Under the pieces are notes generated by a model, which did not search any database, was not told where the DNA came from, and worked only from the letters and a program-made list of their open reading frames with translations. A stretch of DNA of 64,000 bases, taken from assembly GCA_963735035.1 (NCBI GenBank), contig CAVTJJ010000003.1:480001-544000 (forward strand). The letters are read 5' to 3'. Both the position numbers and the translations under genes were made by a program. This document shows positions 10,359-20,442 of this stretch, one piece after another. Origin of the DNA: an uncultured candidate division Zixibacteria bacterium. Its GTDB lineage: Bacteria; Zixibacteria; MSB-5A5; GN15; FEB-12. How positions within the stretch are numbered: position 1 is the first letter of the stretch; each line of letters starts with the position of its first letter.

Positions 10359-11027
10359 CTATCCGGTTACGATTCTGCCGTCCTTGAGACGAAGTTGTCT
10401 GCTGCCGAATTTCGCCGCCTCGGGGCTGTGCGTGACCATTATAACAGTCCGGCCTTCGGTCTCGTTCAGTTCCTTCAGTATCCGAAGGACTTCCAGAGAC
10501 AGATTCGGATCGAGATTCCCGGTCGGTTCATCCGCCAGGATAACATCGGGACCGTTCGCGAGTGCCCGGGCAATTGCCACCCGCTGCTGCTGGCCGACCG
10601 ATAACTCGCGCGGCAGATGTTCCTTTCGATCCTTAAGCCCGACTCTGTCAAGCAACTCTTCGGCCAACGATTGGGCCGTCCCGTTGCGGTCACTGTTGAA
10701 TATCATCGGCAGCATGATATTCTCCATTGCGGTAAGATACGGTATCAGGTTGAAAGTTTGCAAGACGAACCCGACCTTGCGATTGCGATACTCGGCCATT
10801 TCCGGTTCGGACATAGAGTAAACAGGTTTGCCCGAAAACGATACGGTACCCGCCGTGGGCCTAATAAGCCCCCCGAGCGTCAGGAGCAGGGTCGTCTTGC
10901 CCGATCCGGATCCACCGGTGACGGCGACGAAGCTGCCTCGCTCCACATCCAGCGAGACGTTATCCAGCGCCCGAACGGTCCCATGTTGTGAAGTATAGAC
11001 CTTGCTGAGATTCTCAATGGTGAACAT
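10359..11027 (-). CDS. ABC transporter ATP-binding protein (LolD/MacB-like)
   Basis: GGSGSGKTT Walker A, LSVGQQQRVAIARAL, ILADEPTGNLD, VTH. Confidence 0.95.
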   Translation of the reverse strand: MFTIENLSKVYTSQHGTVRALDNVSLDVERGSFVAVTGGSGSGKTTLLLTLGGLIRPTAGTVSFSGKPVYSMSEPEMAEYRNRKVGFVLQTFNLIPYLTAMENIMLPMIFNSDRNGTAQSLAEELLDRVGLKDRKEHLPRELSVGQQQRVAIARALANGPDVILADEPTGNLDPNLSLEVLRILKELNETEGRTVIMVTHSPEAAKFGSRQLRLKDGRIVTG

Positions 11028-11030
11028 CGC

Positions 11031-12251
11031 CTATACCTCCTGCATGATGACGGCCGGGTCAAATCGCGCGGCGCGGTAGACCGGAAGAATGCTGCCCAGC
11101 AAAGCTATCAACACCGCCACCCCTACCGAGAAAAGCAGATAGACAGGAATCGGCGAAACGCTTAGCCCGGCCAATTGCGGCCCGAGAATCATCGCCGCTC
11201 CCGTTCCAACGATAAAGCCGCCCAGGCCGCCGACTACACCCAGAATGACAGCCTTTGATAGAAAGAGGCGGTAGATCGCGGATCGTTTGGTGCCAATAGT
11301 GATCAGAATACCAATCTCGCGACGGCGCTCTTCCACGTTCGCCCACATGTAGTTGCCTATTGTTATGGCGCCTACGATTATGATTATCACGAGAAAGACG
11401 AATGATATTTTCCGCATCAGTTGGTTGGTTTGAATCTGGGTGCTGACTATCTGATTGATGGTCGTAATGCGTGTGTCCGGAAGGATATTGCGAAGCTTAC
11501 CGAGCAGACCATCCGATATGGCCGAACAGCAGCCCATGATCTCTATCGCGCTGACCTGCTCGCCGGTCCCCAGAAGCTGCTGGACCGTATGCAGGTGGGC
11601 ATAAATGCGACTGTCGTCGATGGTGCCGGTTTCAGGGATGACTCGAGCGACCGTAAATGTTTTGCCCTCCAAGCTGAGACTTCCCCCCTCTTTCAGGCCG
11701 AGCCGCTGCGCTATGCTACTGCCAACGAGTACGTCCGTAGTCGCGAGCGAATCGACCGCCTTGCGCTGCAACTTCTCGTCCTGGTACCCAAAGGACTGAT
11801 TAGCCGTGTTGCCGGGGGCGCAGGCCGCAGCCAGGCCGGCACCAGCTAATCCGGCCGACTGCCATATAGGCTTTGCGGCCAGCTCATTGGCCGGAAGAAT
11901 ACCGGTAAGAATTACCGGTACGTCGCCGACCTTGATACGGCGCGTCAATTTGGGCGAAAGATTGTCCACGCCGGGAAGCATGGAGGTAGCCAGTCGCTCG
12001 ACGTAATTTTCGGGAAAGGTGGGAGCATCGATATCGGCTGAGTAGTAATCGTCGACCGAGGCGGCCTGCGGCAGGACGAGGATATTGGCCCCCAGATTAT
12101 CCAGACTTACAGCTACTGCCTTCTCCGAAACCGCTGATACCGACTGAATGCCTACAATTACGGCAATACCCAGCGTGATACCGAGAAGTGCGGAGATCAG
12201 CTGCGACTTACGCAGCCAGAGCTCCCGCCACATGATGGTCTGCAGTTTCAT
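11031..12251 (-). CDS. FtsX/MacB-type ABC permease with Cys motifs in the periplasmic domain
   Basis: N-terminal TM, LGANILVLP, NVEERRREIGILITIGT, RAARFDPA; AAACAPG and EIMGCC motifs; start at MKLQTI. Confidence 0.9.
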   Translation of the reverse strand: MKLQTIMWRELWLRKSQLISALLGITLGIAVIVGIQSVSAVSEKAVAVSLDNLGANILVLPQAASVDDYYSADIDAPTFPENYVERLATSMLPGVDNLSPKLTRRIKVGDVPVILTGILPANELAAKPIWQSAGLAGAGLAAACAPGNTANQSFGYQDEKLQRKAVDSLATTDVLVGSSIAQRLGLKEGGSLSLEGKTFTVARVIPETGTIDDSRIYAHLHTVQQLLGTGEQVSAIEIMGCCSAISDGLLGKLRNILPDTRITTINQIVSTQIQTNQLMRKISFVFLVIIIIVGAITIGNYMWANVEERRREIGILITIGTKRSAIYRLFLSKAVILGVVGGLGGFIVGTGAAMILGPQLAGLSVSPIPVYLLFSVGVAVLIALLGSILPVYRAARFDPAVIMQEV

Positions 12252-12261
12252 ATTAACGGTC

Positions 12262-13029
12262 CTACTTCTTCTTCGGGCCGCAAGCCGCACCCGGAGCGCA
12301 ACCGGCGGCGGGGCTGCATCCGCTGGTCGCCTTCTTGGTCGCCGCTGTCACCAGATCGGTGACTTGCATTGCTCCGGTGTACACTCCGGAGATTTGTCCC
12401 TGCGCATTGGCCACCATGGTGACTGGTTCGGCCGATTGCAAGTCGACTTTCATATCGGTCAGAAAACCGGCCTCGGCCGGATCATCCATATCGACTGTTA
12501 TCTGCACGCACTTGCCGGCCAACTGTTGGCAGGCGGTGGCGCAGGTGCTATTGACGGTCGCTGCCGTGGTCATGCCTTTCCGAGCGGCGGTGATAAACAC
12601 GGCATTCCCCTCAGAGATGGCTTTGAGGATCTCTGCCTTCTTCGGTGACGGCACCAGCTTGACCAGTTGATCGACTGTCGCCTGGGCGGCAATAACACCA
12701 CCGGTAATGACTCCGGCGCCGGAAGCAACCAGAATGAGCGGCACCGGAGCGGTTGCCACACCAAACTTGGTGACTGTCGCCGCGTTCGCCGCATCGCCGC
12801 GATCCATTTCTATGGCAACCGATCCGGGCGTTTGTTTGATTGCGTCAGATACCATCTGGCGAGCCTGATCCAGAGCCACGGCAGTCTGATCGTAAACGAG
12901 AATATAAGCGACTTTCCCCGCTTTGGCGGCGGATTCTAGTTGCTCGGTCACAGCGCCACAGACCGAACCGGCGATGAGAGCCAAAACGAATACCATAAGG
13001 CTGAACACGCGTACCATAGTCTTCTCCAT
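12262..13029 (-). CDS. Secreted protein, probably tandem thioredoxin-like folds, with Cys-rich C-terminal tail
   Basis: Signal peptide; two similar alpha/beta halves (IEMDRGDAANAA / ITVDMDDPAEAG); TCATACQQLAGKC and GCSPAAGCAPGAACGPKKK. Confidence 0.7.
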   Translation of the reverse strand: MEKTMVRVFSLMVFVLALIAGSVCGAVTEQLESAAKAGKVAYILVYDQTAVALDQARQMVSDAIKQTPGSVAIEMDRGDAANAATVTKFGVATAPVPLILVASGAGVITGGVIAAQATVDQLVKLVPSPKKAEILKAISEGNAVFITAARKGMTTAATVNSTCATACQQLAGKCVQITVDMDDPAEAGFLTDMKVDLQSAEPVTMVANAQGQISGVYTGAMQVTDLVTAATKKATSGCSPAAGCAPGAACGPKKK

Positions 13030-13079
13030 TCTGTATATTACCTAAGTCTTCGTACTCGAATTATCACTCTATAGTCCAT

Positions 13080-13406
13080 TCAGGCGCACTTTCTGGTCGT
13101 CAGATACTTCTTGAGTGCGGCCAACTCCTGCCGATACGGACTCTCGAGAGTCAGATGACGCTGCAGCGTTAGGCGTAATTCTTCGACGAGCGGCGTGTCG
13201 GCCAAACGATAATGAACCCATTTGCCGGAGCGACGGTCGGTAACCAATCCCGATGACTTCATGCGCGCCATATGCCTGGAGACAGTCGATTGCGGCACCT
13301 TGAGAACTTCCATTAAATCACAAACACACAACTCCTGGCCGAGGAGCAAAACAGCAATCCGAAGCCGGATCGGATCGGCCAGACCCTTGAACAGTTCGTG
13401 GGTCAT
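13080..13406 (-). CDS. arsR: ArsR/SmtB-family metalloregulator
   Basis: [19 protein letters not shown] metalloid-binding motif, [19 protein letters not shown] overlap with acr3. Confidence 0.93.
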   Translation of the reverse strand: MTHELFKGLADPIRLRIAVLLLGQELCVCDLMEVLKVPQSTVSRHMARMKSSGLVTDRRSGKWVHYRLADTPLVEELRLTLQRHLTLESPYRQELAALKKYLTTRKCA

Positions 13407-14479
13407 GATTTCACCTCGCGAGGCATCGGGCTTATTGGCTCGAAATACTTCCGCCGGAAATAGAGGGAGACGCTAACCAAACCGATCATCACCGGAACTT
13501 CCACCAACGGCCCAATCACAGCGGCAAAGGCGACTCCGGAATGAATTCCGAACACCGCCACTGCCACCGCTATCGCCAGCTCAAAATTGTTCGACGCCGC
13601 CGTGAAGGAAAGAGTTGTCGCTCGTCCGTAGTCGGCGCCAATCTTCCAACTCATGAAGAAGCTGACCAGGAACATCACGACGAAATAGATAAGCAGCGGA
13701 ATGGCTATGCGGACGACATCCATGGGGATCTTGACAATGTGCTCGCCCTTGAGCGAGAACATAACTACGATCGTGAACAGCAGAGCTATCAGTGTAATCG
13801 GGGATATCTTGGGAATGAACTTCTGCTCATACCAGATTTTGCCCTTGGTATTTATGAGCGCAAAGCGGGTTATTATCCCGGCAATAAACGGAATTCCTAG
13901 ATAGACAAAAACGCTCTCGGCGATTTGCCCGATGGTCACCTGCACCAGCGCTCCGGACAACCCGAAAAGCGGTGGGAGCACAGTCACAAAGACCCAGGCA
14001 TAAACGGAATATAGCAGAATCTGGAAGACCGAATTGAACGCCACCAGCCCGGCCGCATATTCCGGATCGCCCGAGGCCAGGTCGTTCCAGACGATCACCA
14101 TGGCGATACAGCGCGCCAGTCCGATCATAATCAGGCCGACCATATATTCCGGGTAGGCGGGTAGAAAGACGATAGCGAGGAAAAACATCAGGATTGGCCC
14201 GATAACCCAGTTTTGAACCAGACTCAGACCGAGAACCCGATAGTCACGGAACACCCGCCCCATTTCCTCATAGCGAACTTTCGCGAGCGGCGGGTACATC
14301 ATAAGAATCAACCCGACCGCGATCGGAATATTGGTGGTCCCGACCTGGAACCGGTTGAGAACCGACTGGACATCGGGCATGAAATACCCGAGCCCTACAC
14401 CTAGAGCCATTCCGGCGAAAATCCAAAGGGTCAGGAAGCGGTCCAGAAAGGAGAGTCTTTTGGCGGCAGGTTGGTTCAT
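13403..14479 (-). CDS. acr3: ACR3-family arsenite efflux transporter
   Basis: [61 protein letters not shown]. Confidence 0.96.
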   Translation of the reverse strand: MNQPAAKRLSFLDRFLTLWIFAGMALGVGLGYFMPDVQSVLNRFQVGTTNIPIAVGLILMMYPPLAKVRYEEMGRVFRDYRVLGLSLVQNWVIGPILMFFLAIVFLPAYPEYMVGLIMIGLARCIAMVIVWNDLASGDPEYAAGLVAFNSVFQILLYSVYAWVFVTVLPPLFGLSGALVQVTIGQIAESVFVYLGIPFIAGIITRFALINTKGKIWYEQKFIPKISPITLIALLFTIVVMFSLKGEHIVKIPMDVVRIAIPLLIYFVVMFLVSFFMSWKIGADYGRATTLSFTAASNNFELAIAVAVAVFGIHSGVAFAAVIGPLVEVPVMIGLVSVSLYFRRKYFEPISPMPREVKS

Positions 14480-14534
14480 TGGCAGTTTCAGTCTACGGTT
14501 TCGCCGGGTCAATTTACTCAGGCGGAGCCCGTCG

Positions 14535-14577
14535 TATCCGCTTATGCGAATATATTGTTATATCGGCGCCCCGTCAA
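14535..14577 (-). promoter_or_regulatory. ars operon promoter with overlapping ArsR-type inverted-repeat operator
   Basis: TTGACG-17 bp-TATATT on minus strand; TATTCGC-ataa-GCGGATA imperfect inverted repeat overlapping the -10. Confidence 0.7.
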
Positions 14578-14677
14578 GAAGTTCCAAGGACTCTTTTCTT
14601 CGGCCTGTGGTTTGGGCGTACTGCTTGTACCCCATCCAACGGGCGGGAATTTGATCGATCTTGTCAAGAGTTGCCAT

Positions 14678-14854
14678 TCCGTCATGCCCGACTTGGTCGG
14701 GCACCCATGACCACTCGCGACCGCAAAAAACTCTTGCACTCACGAGAGACACAGCAGACTGATGATAATATGCGAAGATATCAACTCTCGTCAGCGACGG
14801 TGATCCCTCCAACCGAGCAGCCCATGGATTCCCGGCCAAGCCGGGAATGACGGA
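14678..14854. repeat. REP-like element with palindromic arms
   Basis: TCCGTCATGCCCGACTTGGTCGGGCACCCA ... TGGATTCCCGGCCAAGCCGGGAATGACGGA; ends are mutually inverted. Confidence 0.65.
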
Positions 14855-14867
14855 GATAGCAGAAAAT

Positions 14868-14895
14868 GTCAGGAGCCTAAGGGCTCCTGACCTAC
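14868..14895 (-). repeat. GTAG-headed REP hairpin
   Basis: Reverse strand GTAGGTCAGGAGCCCTTAGGCTCCTGAC; related degenerate copy at 63601. Confidence 0.6.
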
Positions 14896-14957
14896 TGGCT
14901 GCCGATCAAACAACCCCTGGGTGCCCCGCCTAATGCGGGGCAAGACAGCATTTGCTT

Positions 14958-15018
14958 TGATCGGCAGGCCTCCGTGCCTGCCGTAACGCGCACGGCAGGG
15001 CTGGAACCCTGCCGATCA
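14958..15018. repeat. Inverted pair of TGATCGGCAGG-family REPs (REPIN-like)
   Basis: TGATCGGCAGG...CCTGCCG then CGGCAGGG...CCCTGCCGATCA; same doublet inverted at 63690-63752; single copies at 17682, 46684, 50413. Confidence 0.75.
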
Positions 15019-15028
15019 CAAAGAATGG

Positions 15029-17566
15029 CTACTTCAGAATGACCAACTTCCCGATCTGCGTGCGCGTCGCCGATTCAACGACCCAGTAGTAAAGCCCCGA
15101 CTCCACCGCCAGACCGGAACGACTCACCAGATTCCACCAGTCGTGCATCGACTCCGGGCCGCCTTCGGGGAAATTGTGATCGATTGTGCCAATATGATCG
15201 CCATCGAGTGAATACACTTTGATCTTGCAGACGCGTGGGAGATTGCCAAAGTGGATTAATCGCGCCCGGTCGGGAATGATGTTCCCCTTGCGGTTCTCGT
15301 AGCCGCCGTCTTCATAGTTGGCGTCAACCCGGTATGGGTTCGGATAGACATAGGCGTCAAGATTCTGTTCTTCGACGATTTCTGACGAGGTCTGGGCGTA
15401 GCATTCGGTAACATTATTGAGTGGATTGGTTTCGTCGGGGGGCATGTTGCCGCGTCCCCCGGCGTAACCAAAGTCAAAGACGGTTACCGCGACAAAATAT
15501 GGCACAGTCGGCAGAAGGTTATCGATGATGTATTCGTATTCGTAGAATTTGGGTAGCATGCGGCCACCGTGTTCAACCGTAATGTCATCTGCTGTCCAAA
15601 GGGTTGAGTCGGTGCCGGGATTGACCGCATCCGGGTAGGCTTTGTGGATGCCGTTGGGTGTAGTCAGACTGTACACGTTCTCATCGACCTCGGAGAAATA
15701 AAAGGCACTGTCACCATCGATCAACGGACGCTGGCGGGGGTAATCATCCGGGTTGAAATCAGGATTGTTATGGAGAATGCGGAGTGAATCGAGACTGAAG
15801 GGCGGATCGTCGTTGACCCAGCGACTCTCGCCCGATCCCAGTTCGTTGTATTTCCAGCGCAACCAGTCCTGTTTATCGTAACTGGTCAGCAGCGCCAAAC
15901 TGGTTTTCCGGTTATCCAGACCGCAATAGACCCGATACCCCTCGAAATCCATAAGATTGGAAAAGATGTCTTTCGTTGTTTCGGAGAGATACCCGTTCCA
16001 CCGAACAATAATCTTCCCGGCTTCGGTCTCGTACCGCGTGAATGGGATCGGCGGTGGGGTGTTGCCGCGAAAGTCGGGAACGCCGTCGCCCTTGTACCAG
16101 GTTGTTTCACCTTCGCAGACGCGATACTCGCCGAAGTAACCATCGCTGTCCGTGTCCACGCCGGGATTGTCGTAGACCCACTTGGCCCATTGAGCGTTGG
16201 TGGCAAGCTCGGAGAAGTTGAGCTGATCGTAATATGACTGCGGATTATCGGGATAGAAGACCGCGTTCGGATCGGTGTGGACGTTGTCGCCACCAACCAC
16301 GGCGATAGTAAAGCTAATCTTGTCTTTCGACGGCAGTTCAAATGGACCGAAGGAGAGCAAGGCTTTGCCGCCTAGTCCCGATGCAATCAGCTCTGCATTC
16401 CCCGGCGGCGCCAGCCATCCTTGGGACTGATGGTCAACAGCGGTGAACATCTGGTCATAGTCGACTTCCGGGTGAGACATTACATAATAGAAATTCACAT
16501 CCTTGTACGGCTGACCAAGGAAGGGGCCAATCGGTCGAAACGGATCGTCCACCGTTTCTTTCCGTCTCGGCCCGAAGCTATCGCGCAGATTGTTCGTACC
16601 AGTCCACCAGTTGAAATTCGGGCGGGACACGTCAGCGGACGCACCCAGAAGCATCACACCCACCGCCGCCCTCGGAGAGAGTTCAGTGAATTCACCCGCC
16701 ACGGGGTCGCCATTATTGTCGATTACATAACATAAGTTGAGCGTGTCGCTGTAAGGACAAACTCCCGAATAGCGGATGTTCGGTATGTAACCGGCCAAGT
16801 TATCGTCATCATTAACGGCATCTGGCGTCAAGATGTTGCACGCTACGGTACCAGACTCCAGACCGATGAACACACTTCGCAGGTCCTTGTCCCCGATATT
16901 GGCTATATTGAATTCAATGATTACGAAGTCGTCTACCAAGCCACCGCTCCAGGCCATAGACCTTTGACTGATCTTGAGATCCAGTGATATCTGAGATCTC
17001 ACATCCCAGCCGACCATTTGATACGGCGGCGTGAAATTGTCATAGAACTCGCAAATCAGATCCAACTGTGAGCGAGCATTGGGAGAGAAGGAGACTGAGC
17101 GGGGATCCCCACTTAGAATTGCAAACGCGCCAAAGGGCGCCACGTCCGGAGCCATCTCCCAGCTATTCGATACCAAAGTGTCGTTTGCGACTATGGCCCC
17201 GACGTGCAACCCGAATCCGAAATAGCTATTGTACGATCCACGCGGATAGACACAACCATATACGGAGTCTCCGGTCACGGGGTCGACAATGGCTATTGCT
17301 GAACTCGGGCCCCAAATCGTTTCGCCGATTTTCCCCGCATTACTGACGCTCAACTGAAGATTGCCCTGGCTGTGAGCCGTCCAGCGAAAATCCGGCCCCA
17401 TTGACGCGGATGCTGATCCGATAGCAAGATGTCCGATGAGAACGCTCGCCATCAAAATAAGCTGTGTGGTCAGGGTAACTCCGTGCCACTCCCCTTGGGG
17501 TTGGGTTAGATTCGAAGACGATGCAGACATTTCCGCGCTGTTGTCCATTCCTGAGTTCGTTCCCAA
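15029..17566 (-). CDS. Large secreted protein with C-terminal T9SS/FlgD-like sorting domain (start uncertain)
   Basis: Hydrophobic signal region; C-terminal YVYPNPY...IKVYSLDG...WNLVSRSG..VESGLYYWVVES...GKLVILK; DTDSDG Ca-binding-like loop. Confidence 0.8.
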   Translation of the reverse strand: MGTNSGMDNSAEMSASSSNLTQPQGEWHGVTLTTQLILMASVLIGHLAIGSASASMGPDFRWTAHSQGNLQLSVSNAGKIGETIWGPSSAIAIVDPVTGDSVYGCVYPRGSYNSYFGFGLHVGAIVANDTLVSNSWEMAPDVAPFGAFAILSGDPRSVSFSPNARSQLDLICEFYDNFTPPYQMVGWDVRSQISLDLKISQRSMAWSGGLVDDFVIIEFNIANIGDKDLRSVFIGLESGTVACNILTPDAVNDDDNLAGYIPNIRYSGVCPYSDTLNLCYVIDNNGDPVAGEFTELSPRAAVGVMLLGASADVSRPNFNWWTGTNNLRDSFGPRRKETVDDPFRPIGPFLGQPYKDVNFYYVMSHPEVDYDQMFTAVDHQSQGWLAPPGNAELIASGLGGKALLSFGPFELPSKDKISFTIAVVGGDNVHTDPNAVFYPDNPQSYYDQLNFSELATNAQWAKWVYDNPGVDTDSDGYFGEYRVCEGETTWYKGDGVPDFRGNTPPPIPFTRYETEAGKIIVRWNGYLSETTKDIFSNLMDFEGYRVYCGLDNRKTSLALLTSYDKQDWLRWKYNELGSGESRWVNDDPPFSLDSLRILHNNPDFNPDDYPRQRPLIDGDSAFYFSEVDENVYSLTTPNGIHKAYPDAVNPGTDSTLWTADDITVEHGGRMLPKFYEYEYIIDNLLPTVPYFVAVTVFDFGYAGGRGNMPPDETNPLNNVTECYAQTSSEIVEEQNLDAYVYPNPYRVDANYEDGGYENRKGNIIPDRARLIHFGNLPRVCKIKVYSLDGDHIGTIDHNFPEGGPESMHDWWNLVSRSGLAVESGLYYWVVESATRTQIGKLVILK

Positions 17567-17697
17567 TCCTTACAACCGCAAGCGGTGGGCACCGATCGTT
17601 CTGCCAATTTCTACCATTTCATGCTTCGACAGGCTCATGATTCGACCCTTCGACAAGCTCAGGGCTCAGCATGACTTGGTCCGGCAGGGATGGAACC

Positions 17698-17830
17698 CTG
17701 CCGATCACAATTGACTGCCGATCACAATTGACTGCCGATCATAATTGCCTGCCGAATACAATTAACTGCCGATCATGGTTGCCTGCCGATTATAATTGCC
17801 TGCCGAATATAATTGCCTGCCAATTACAAG
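17698..17830. repeat. Tandem array, 8 degenerate copies of a 17-bp unit
   Basis: CTGCCGATCACAATTG(A/C) units start at 17698, 17715, 17732, 17749, 17766, 17783, 17800, 17817. Confidence 0.9.
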
Positions 17831-18079
17831 ACGCAGTGCGCGTCATCATACCTGAACCCCACCTGCCAGCAGGTGGGCCACTAAGACCAATTACGCGGTG
17901 TCAAGCCGGAACCCTCAAAATACGGGGGATGCTGTCTCCTGAGGGCAGGATAATTTACCTCGCGAGGCGATACAAGCGTAATTCGCCACAATTCGGCATC
18001 TTTCGCCCCAAATCCCGCTGGCGGCGGCCGCCGCAATCCGTACATTGGGATCAACGTTGAGTATCACGGAGAGTTGAGA

Positions 18080-18619
18080 ATGGAACAAGAATACCGCAAG
18101 ATAATTACCGCCATCGGCGAAAACCCCGACCGTGAAGGTCTGCTGAAAACACCCACCCGCGCCGCCGACGCCATGCGTTATCTCACCCACGGATATCATC
18201 AGAATATCAAAGAAGTGATCGGTGACAGTCTCTACAAGGCCGACACCGATGAGATGATTATTATCAAAGATATCGAGCTCTATTCCCTCTGCGAACATCA
18301 CCTCCTCCCCTTCATCGGAAAGTGCCACGTCGCCTACCTTCCCAAAGATTACCAGATCGGTATATCGAAAATCGCCCGGATTGTTGATCTCTTCGCGCGT
18401 CGTCTGCAGGTTCAGGAACGCCTGACCCGCGAGATCGCTGAATCGCTGATGGATCAGTTGAAGCCAGGCGGGGTCGGCGTGGTGATCGAAGCCCAGCATT
18501 TGTGCATGATGATGCGTGGGGTGGAAAAGCAGAACTCGGTGATGAAGACCTCGTGTCTCCTGGGATATTTCCGAGACCGCGCCAGCACCCGGGCCGAGTT
18601 CATGCAGCTAATTCAATAG
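18080..18619 (+). CDS. folE: GTP cyclohydrolase I
   Basis: [60 protein letters not shown]. Confidence 0.97.
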   Translation: MEQEYRKIITAIGENPDREGLLKTPTRAADAMRYLTHGYHQNIKEVIGDSLYKADTDEMIIIKDIELYSLCEHHLLPFIGKCHVAYLPKDYQIGISKIARIVDLFARRLQVQERLTREIAESLMDQLKPGGVGVVIEAQHLCMMMRGVEKQNSVMKTSCLLGYFRDRASTRAEFMQLIQ

Positions 18620-18644
18620 ACGCATCCTGAGTCCGAGTATCAGA

Positions 18645-18980
18645 TTACTCCAGAGGATCAACCGGCATCGGGTCGTTCAAAACAACACCGGGGTCGTCTT
18701 CGACCATTTCGTGACGACGTCGCAGAATGATAAGCCGCGCCCGTATCATGGTCTCCTTGACTGTCTCGGAAGGCCTGATTGGCAGACCATATCGCTTCTG
18801 CAGACGCATCACATAATATCGCTCTTCTTCCTTGCGACGTAACGATTTAATAGCCGCCTCGAATTCGTCACGGCGGTCGGCGGCCGGCGCTAAGAGATAA
18901 CGAATATCTTCCGGCAGGCGGGACAGATACTTTTCCGTCAGAAAGTAGCGGCTGGTGGTTTGGTTTGTCGATTCGTTCAT
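18645..18980 (-). CDS. Small hypothetical protein
   Basis: 111 aa ATG-start ORF convergent with folE; no recognised motif. Confidence 0.6.
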   Translation of the reverse strand: MNESTNQTTSRYFLTEKYLSRLPEDIRYLLAPAADRRDEFEAAIKSLRRKEEERYYVMRLQKRYGLPIRPSETVKETMIRARLIILRRRHEMVEDDPGVVLNDPMPVDPLE

Positions 18981-19350
18981 AACATCACATCCAAAAATGG
19001 ATAAATAGAGTCCTAATTAGAGCATTCTATCGCTGCTCTTAACAGTCGAGCCTAAAACCGGGTTCCCGAAAAGTAAGCCCTCGTAATGCCCTGACATTGG
19101 GGAGTCGTCGGTCGCCAGAACTTCGGGCGGTTTCCGAATGTTCTTACTAGTCTGGGGAGGCTGTTTCGTCACTTTTCGAATCCCCTCCCGGAGAATACTT
19201 CTCTTGGGAAACATCTCTTATTCAACCCCAACTTGCCTTCGAACCTATTCCTCCGTAAATTGTACCAGTCTTGATGCCGCCCCGCTGCGAATCAGCTCCG
19301 GTAGTCGGCGAGATCGCAATTACGATTGGCGTATCAACAGGAGAAGATGT

Positions 19351-19833
19351 ATGAATCGAAAATTCAGGTTGAGCGTAGCAGGATTCGTGGCCGTTGTCAT
19401 ATTGGTCGCTTCCAACGCCGGCGCTCAGTCCAAGCCTGATTCGCTTGCCTCTCTGAAGGCCCAGGCTGACTCCATCTCGGCCGTCCTGGGCAGGGCGTTA
19501 CTGCAGAAAGACTCGGCCCGGATTGTGGGTTCTGTCTCTGACACGGTTGGAATTGTGATGCCGGGGAATAAAGCCTTCAGTGGCCGCGAAAAGCTTGCTC
19601 ATTACCTCCCCCTTCTTTTCGAAAAATGGGGTGGCGCAAGAGTCGAAGTGACTCGTAACGCCATTGAGCGGGTTCCCGGCTACACCGATATGGCCCGCCA
19701 GACCGGGGCGCTCGCTCTGACTCGCACTGACCCCAACGGCAAGGACGACAAGTGGCTGGGCCAGTATACCGTGTATTGGAAATTCACCGACACTTCCTGG
19801 ACCATCGAGAGGCTCTTTGTCGCCACGCGCTAG
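19351..19833 (+). CDS. Secreted NTF2-like (DUF4440/SnoaL-like) protein
   Basis: AGGAGA RBS before MNRKF; signal peptide; GQYTVYWK..SWTIER C-terminal strands. Confidence 0.72.
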   Translation: MNRKFRLSVAGFVAVVILVASNAGAQSKPDSLASLKAQADSISAVLGRALLQKDSARIVGSVSDTVGIVMPGNKAFSGREKLAHYLPLLFEKWGGARVEVTRNAIERVPGYTDMARQTGALALTRTDPNGKDDKWLGQYTVYWKFTDTSWTIERLFVATR

Positions 19834-19860
19834 TGCGACACCCAGCCACGACAGGTTGTT

Positions 19861-20367
19861 ATGCAATTATCAGGTTATTTCAAGAAGATTACCGTCTATT
19901 TGCTGTCAGTCTCATGTTTCGCCTGGACCTCGGTAACTGCAGCGGGCAGTCTCGCCCAGTTACGTACAGCCAGTGATTCCGCCAGGCAAATTGTACAACA
20001 AGCCCTTGCTAGTGAAGAATCCGATCCTCTGGCCTCGGTCTTTACTGAAGACGGCTCAGTGGTCGTACCGACCGGTCAGGTCATTCGAGGCCGCACTACG
20101 ATCGGATCGATGGCGGCGCTTATGATGATGACCTGGGGCGGTGGCAATTTGCAGACAACCCCCGACAGCCTCGCGGTCAGGGACAGCACCGGTTACGAAA
20201 TCGGCCGTTTCGTGTTTCGCCGCCAGGTCAAGAACCTTCCGGATCAAGTATGGGCGGGCGGGTACACGGCGGTTTGGCAAATCGAAAAGGGCGCCTGGAA
20301 AATATCCCGAGTGACGGGCTTGTTGAATAAACCGAGTACTCAGACCGAGAAACCGGGTGGAAAATAA
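19861..20367 (+). CDS. Secreted NTF2-like (DUF4440) protein, paralog of the upstream gene
   Basis: Signal peptide; ASVFTEDG, VIRGR, GYEIGRF, GGYTAVWQIEKGAWKI. Confidence 0.78.
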   Translation: MQLSGYFKKITVYLLSVSCFAWTSVTAAGSLAQLRTASDSARQIVQQALASEESDPLASVFTEDGSVVVPTGQVIRGRTTIGSMAALMMMTWGGGNLQTTPDSLAVRDSTGYEIGRFVFRRQVKNLPDQVWAGGYTAVWQIEKGAWKISRVTGLLNKPSTQTEKPGGK

Positions 20368-20442
20368 ACTCACGACCGCCGATATATGAGAGAGCAGTCA
20401 GGTGCGGTCTATTAATGAGAAGTTTATGAAAGAGGCAATCGG

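Noticed and set aside
17698..17830. CRISPR array or plasmid iterons
   Set aside because: Contiguous 17-bp units without spacers, derived from an adjacent REP; no rep gene
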